Virus record (IMG/VR): IMGVR_UViG_3300037826_000110
Coordinates: 1-56,674 of that record
DNA from: a virus
Taxonomy: Duplodnaviria; Caudoviricetes
Direction: 5' to 3' (one strand)
DNA length: 56,674 nucleotides
In this document: positions 52,656 to 56,674 of the stretch, piece by piece
Position numbering within the stretch: position 1 is the first letter of the stretch
Layout: each line of letters begins with the position of its first letter
Notes under the pieces: model-generated
What the model saw: the letters and a program-made list of their open reading frames with translations, nothing else
Database searches by the model: none
Told to the model about the DNA's origin: nothing
Made by a program: the position numbers and the translations under genes

Positions 52656-55549
52656 CCGACCACCAGCACGCCATTGGGCGCTACGCCCCCACAATCGTAG
52701 GGGATGGAATCCACGCCGGTGATGGGACTGCTACCAGCGCGCCCGGTCAGACTCACGCCATTATCCGCACTGGCGTAGATGACGTGCGATTTGGCCAGAA
52801 TCAGGCTATCGCCATTCAACGGCAGGCCGAAGATGCGCCATCCCGGGCGCAGCGGATTCGGCGTGTAGAGCTGGCGCACGGGCACGTCGCTCATGCTATT
52901 GCCGCTGCCGATGGTCAGAGCGCTGGCATTGGTCCACGCATCCTCTGTATAACGCAGCGTCCCCTCGTCGACGAGGGCCTGATAGTCGGTGTCGCCGTCG
53001 AAAAACGACAGCACCGGGAACGAGTCGTCGAGGCTGAAGGCGCTGCCCTGGGGTAGCTCGCTGAGCACCGACCACTGCGAGCGGCCCAGATACTCATATA
53101 CGTAGGCGTCGTTTTTATTGTACGTGACGGTACCGGTCTCCATGGCTCCGACCAGCAACACCCCACTATATTCTGGATGCATGTACACGCTGGGGCTCCA
53201 GGACGAGGCGCCCAGCGGACGGCTGAGCACCCGCGTCCAACTCACGCCATAATTTTCACTATAAAACACATACCCGCGCGAGATAATGGGATTCACCGAA
53301 GCGCCTACGTATAGGATCGCCCCGTGTGCTTCCAGGTTACCGAATTCCAGCAGCGTTTTCCCTTCGATCAGCTTATAGGCATTCCAGTTGGCGCCGCGAT
53401 CCGAGGATGCCAGACAATACGGATCGGACACGCTCGGATCACCAAATAGACAATACATGCGCTGACCGTCACTTTTGTCGATGGCGATGCGATACAGCTC
53501 CCCGGAGGCCTCGCCGGTGAGCGTCCGAGCCTGCGCCGAGGTCAGGAGCGCTGACCAGTTCCCGCTCCCCAAACGGCGGTACAGGTCGTAGTCGGTGGCC
53601 GTGCCGGCGTTCTCCACCAGCACGTATTGATAGTCGGCGGGGGTCTCTGGGTCAATCGCTGCCCAGCGAATCGTAGTCGTGGGCAGGCCGCCGTTGACCG
53701 TGGCCCATGTGGGTTGGTCTCCGGTGGGCGCGCTGAAATTCTCGGTGTAAAACACGCCATCGTCCACCGTGGCCACGTACAGCGTGGTGGGCCAGGTGGG
53801 TTCTGGATCGGTGATCGGAGTGACGGGAGGACTATCGTCGGGCGGGTCAGGGTCAGGATCGGTGACCGTGGGAATTGGTTCCAGGTCACCCGGAGGCGAG
53901 TCACCATAGTTGCGGCCGCCAATCTGCAGGTCCCAGGCTAGATCGCGGCCCAGGCTCAACGTGACGTCCTCCACGGCGATGCGCTCGCCGTCCACCAGAT
54001 CCGCTACCAGATCCTCGGCGGGTTCCACATCGAGCTTGGATTGCACGGTGTAGCTGCCGGCGACGTTGGCCAAAGCATACTCCCGCTCGGCCCAGCGCAC
54101 GGCCTCCGCTTGCGAGATAGGGGCCATGTTGGTGACCTGGCGCGGATGGCCCAGCGCACCGGGATGCGCCGGGGCCTTGGCGATCACCGGATCAAAGCCC
54201 CCGCCGTCGTTTTGATACACGCCACTGACGCGCACTTCGCTGACCTCCTCGATGCCGCGTTCGATGTCAAACGACGGATAGACGTTGCTCTCAGAGGAGA
54301 GATCCACGGCCGTCAGGCCGTCGAAATACGACGCCTCACGATACAGGGGATCATCCACCAAAGTAGAGCCCCCGCCCCCACGTTGTTCGCGCAGCAGCTT
54401 ATGCGCAGCGTTGGCCACCTCCTGCATCTGCGCCCCGATGTTGCCCGTGGTGAACGGTTGCTCCTGAATCTCGCGGCTAGACGGCGTGCCTACGTCGCAG
54501 TTGACGATCTCCGGGATGTTGGAGTGCCAGTTTAAGAGGAAGGCCAAGGCCCGGGCTAGCGTGAGCGTTTTGACCTCGTTCCAGGCCGTGGGGCTGGCGT
54601 TAGTCTCCACGCCAAAGGGGTAGGCGTGCATGGCGCGGGCATAATCCAGGATCCCTCCGGCCTGCACATCGTGGCTGGCGGTGGGGAATTCATACCCGCT
54701 GCCCACGGTGCGCAGGAAGCCAAAAAACAGGGTCTCGTAGGTGTCCAGGTCCACCACGCACATTGGGGATGGGTAGAGCGGTAAAACGGTGTGCTGGAGC
54801 GAAAGTGACGCCTTCCAACCGCGCTCTGTGCCCCACGTCAGGCGGCAGGAGGTGATGGGCCAGGCGCTGCTGCCGATCCAGATGGGGATGTAGCGGTCGG
54901 CGCTGGTCCCTTGCGAGTCGGTGAGCGTGAGCTTGAGATAGCGGAAGCCTTCCGAGCTCCACTCCACGGTGATGGTGCCGGTCCCCGCGCCGGCGGTGAT
55001 GGTGCCGTCTGTGCCAGGTGTCCATGAATACGAGCTGATGCTGGCACTGGGGTACACGGCGATGGAGTCGGTGGCGTCGAACTGGATACCGGTATCGGTG
55101 GCCAGCCACACGCCCCCCGTGGGACTGTAGTCGCCGCTGCCCGGCGTGCGGCGGTGCTTGACGATGGCCAGCGGCGGTTGGCTAGCCGCATCGCCGGGGA
55201 AGGAAATGTCATAGTCTTTGTAGATGTTGCCGTCGTCGTCGATATACTGGAAGCGTGTCCACGGTACCCGCGCGGGATATACCAGGAGGATGTCCCCGGC
55301 CTCAAACTCGATGCCATTTTCACACAAGGTAATAGTGCGCGCGCCGGCGTTGACGCTGCGGATGCGCACCTTGGGGCCGTATTTGTGCGTTTTGTAGACG
55401 GCCAATCCCGCCGCGAGGTCGCTGAGGTTGCCGATGGCGCTGGTGACGGTGAGGGTGAAGGTGCTGTCATCGTAGGCCTGCACACTCCCCGACCACGTGA
55501 CGCGGTCGGGGAGGAACAAGGCACCAAGGCGAGATTTGGTGAGCTGCAT
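52652..55549 (-). CDS. Large tail tip/hub protein with PKD-like and Asp-box beta-propeller domains
   Basis: FDA..S...SYSW PKD-like motif; S.D.G..W repeats. Confidence 0.7.
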   Translation of the reverse strand: MQLTKSRLGALFLPDRVTWSGSVQAYDDSTFTLTVTSAIGNLSDLAAGLAVYKTHKYGPKVRIRSVNAGARTITLCENGIEFEAGDILLVYPARVPWTRFQYIDDDGNIYKDYDISFPGDAASQPPLAIVKHRRTPGSGDYSPTGGVWLATDTGIQFDATDSIAVYPSASISSYSWTPGTDGTITAGAGTGTITVEWSSEGFRYLKLTLTDSQGTSADRYIPIWIGSSAWPITSCRLTWGTERGWKASLSLQHTVLPLYPSPMCVVDLDTYETLFFGFLRTVGSGYEFPTASHDVQAGGILDYARAMHAYPFGVETNASPTAWNEVKTLTLARALAFLLNWHSNIPEIVNCDVGTPSSREIQEQPFTTGNIGAQMQEVANAAHKLLREQRGGGGSTLVDDPLYREASYFDGLTAVDLSSESNVYPSFDIERGIEEVSEVRVSGVYQNDGGGFDPVIAKAPAHPGALGHPRQVTNMAPISQAEAVRWAEREYALANVAGSYTVQSKLDVEPAEDLVADLVDGERIAVEDVTLSLGRDLAWDLQIGGRNYGDSPPGDLEPIPTVTDPDPDPPDDSPPVTPITDPEPTWPTTLYVATVDDGVFYTENFSAPTGDQPTWATVNGGLPTTTIRWAAIDPETPADYQYVLVENAGTATDYDLYRRLGSGNWSALLTSAQARTLTGEASGELYRIAIDKSDGQRMYCLFGDPSVSDPYCLASSDRGANWNAYKLIEGKTLLEFGNLEAHGAILYVGASVNPIISRGYVFYSENYGVSWTRVLSRPLGASSWSPSVYMHPEYSGVLLVGAMETGTVTYNKNDAYVYEYLGRSQWSVLSELPQGSAFSLDDSFPVLSFFDGDTDYQALVDEGTLRYTEDAWTNASALTIGSGNSMSDVPVRQLYTPNPLRPGWRIFGLPLNGDSLILAKSHVIYASADNGVSLTGRAGSSPITGVDSIPYDCGGVAPNGVLVVG

Positions 55550-55552
55550 AGG

Positions 55553-56008
55553 CTACGAGATTACCTCAGCCTCTTCGAGTGCATCTTCCAAGTCACAGAT
55601 CGCGGCCATCATTGCCGACGGAATTTCGGCAGGTTCGCCATCTGCATCCTCAACCCACACCTCGCGTTTGGATACCTCATCGAGAAGCCAGTCACGCTCA
55701 GGACCGCCGATTTGGAAGTCTTTTCCATATCCCTCATCGGAGAATCCTTCTTCACGCAACTCTTCCCAACCGATCCCGACCCCAAGCGTTTGCTTCGGAT
55801 CGAGACCCTCTTTATCTTGAAGTTCCTTGCGCTTCTCCGAACGCATTGCGTCCATCAAATCATTGAGATCGCGGATCTTGAACCGCTGCCTCAGATGCTT
55901 GACGTGTCGCCGGACGGTTCGCGAAGCCGTCTTTTGGGAATTTAGCATAAATTGCACCACATTCTGCTCCGCAGGGCCGATTCCCTTAACGCGTAACAAC
56001 GTCGCCAT
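55553..56008 (-). CDS. Hypothetical tail-region protein
   Basis: Coupled ORF, 151 aa. Confidence 0.6.
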   Translation of the reverse strand: MATLLRVKGIGPAEQNVVQFMLNSQKTASRTVRRHVKHLRQRFKIRDLNDLMDAMRSEKRKELQDKEGLDPKQTLGVGIGWEELREEGFSDEGYGKDFQIGGPERDWLLDEVSKREVWVEDADGEPAEIPSAMMAAICDLEDALEEAEVIS

Positions 56009-56415
56009 TATAGATCAGTCCTTAGCTTGTTAACTGCCGTCTCATGATCCACGACGGCCAATGATTCATCGGCAGGCTCGGTGAAACCACCAGGATACCA
56101 CGTCGCGAATTGCTCCGCGAGCGTGATAATAGCCCCGATCTCCGCAGCGGTGTTGCCGGTAGCCTCAACGTCACTGTCCACCATCTCGTTTGCGCCGCCG
56201 CTGTTGTAGCCCCGATCGAAATAGACAGCCTTGACCTCATCTAAATCACGCGCTAGTTGTGCCATGACTGTCGCTAAGTTTTTCGCCTTATTTGCCAAAT
56301 CTATCTTTGCCATAATTATCCCTACCTCTCTCCTAGTATCCAAAACTTTCTCATCGCTCGCCAGTCCAGTCGGCGAGTAAGCCCACTTTCCATCATCCCG
56401 CTGATACAAACTCAT
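56008..56415 (-). CDS. Hypothetical tail-region protein
   Basis: SD, follows the fibre gene. Confidence 0.6.
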   Translation of the reverse strand: MSLYQRDDGKWAYSPTGLASDEKVLDTRREVGIIMAKIDLANKAKNLATVMAQLARDLDEVKAVYFDRGYNSGGANEMVDSDVEATGNTAAEIGAIITLAEQFATWYPGGFTEPADESLAVVDHETAVNKLRTDL

Positions 56416-56423
56416 CGTCTCTC

Positions 56424-56547
56424 CTATGCCGCGAGCCTCGCGTCTGCTAAATCACGAATCACGACCAACTCCTCGCCACTCAGTTGTTCAAGTAATCGCA
56501 TAGCCTTCATCATATCCACATTCACTGCTCGACCGTCACGTTCGCTG
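56424..56547 (-). CDS. Tail fibre fusion protein, 3' part
   Basis: In-frame continuation of the ORF starting at 1451 across the junction. Confidence 0.8.
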
Positions 56548-56674
56548 TAATACGCCCATGCCATGCTCTCGGACGGGCCACCGACTAAGTCAAATCGGTG
56601 CGGCGACAGCAACGTAGCGTTACCGCTGTCGTCCTTCACGTAAGCCTCGCCGCTGACGCTGTAAAATAGCGAGT
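56548..56674. repeat. Terminal direct repeat (circular assembly overlap), copy 2
   Basis: Identical to 1-127. Confidence 0.97.

Noticed and set aside
1-56674. tRNA genes, reverse transcriptase/DGR, integrase, CI repressor
   Set aside because: None recognised by eye; tRNAscan and HMM searches are needed to confirm absence

Overview
Complete, circularly assembled genome (about 56,547 bp plus a 127-bp terminal overlap) of a tailed, siphovirus-like dsDNA phage with Mu-like head genes. It has no recognisable integrase but does have an iteron origin and a ParMRC partition module, so it is probably a phage-plasmid. The host is inferred to be Chloroflexota (Anaerolineae-like) from protein style and GAAC-N4-GTTC LexA boxes; this is not proven. 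Main observations: (1) four type II hammerhead ribozymes with the U3-A8 core variant and a covarying pseudoknot, each at a gene junction of one operon; (2) nine copies of a palindrome one base away from the Bacillus Noc-binding site, together with a phage ParB that carries Noc-type recognition residues and heads a PRTRC ubiquitin-like cassette (Ubl fusion, E2, JAB, E1); (3) a FtsK/TraB-like translocase with two membrane proteins and an oriented octamer array; (4) an AcrIII-1-like ring nuclease; (5) LexA boxes and three conserved late-leader terminators suggesting a regulatory cascade; (6) several candidate structured RNAs. All family assignments come from motif recognition by eye; no searches were run.
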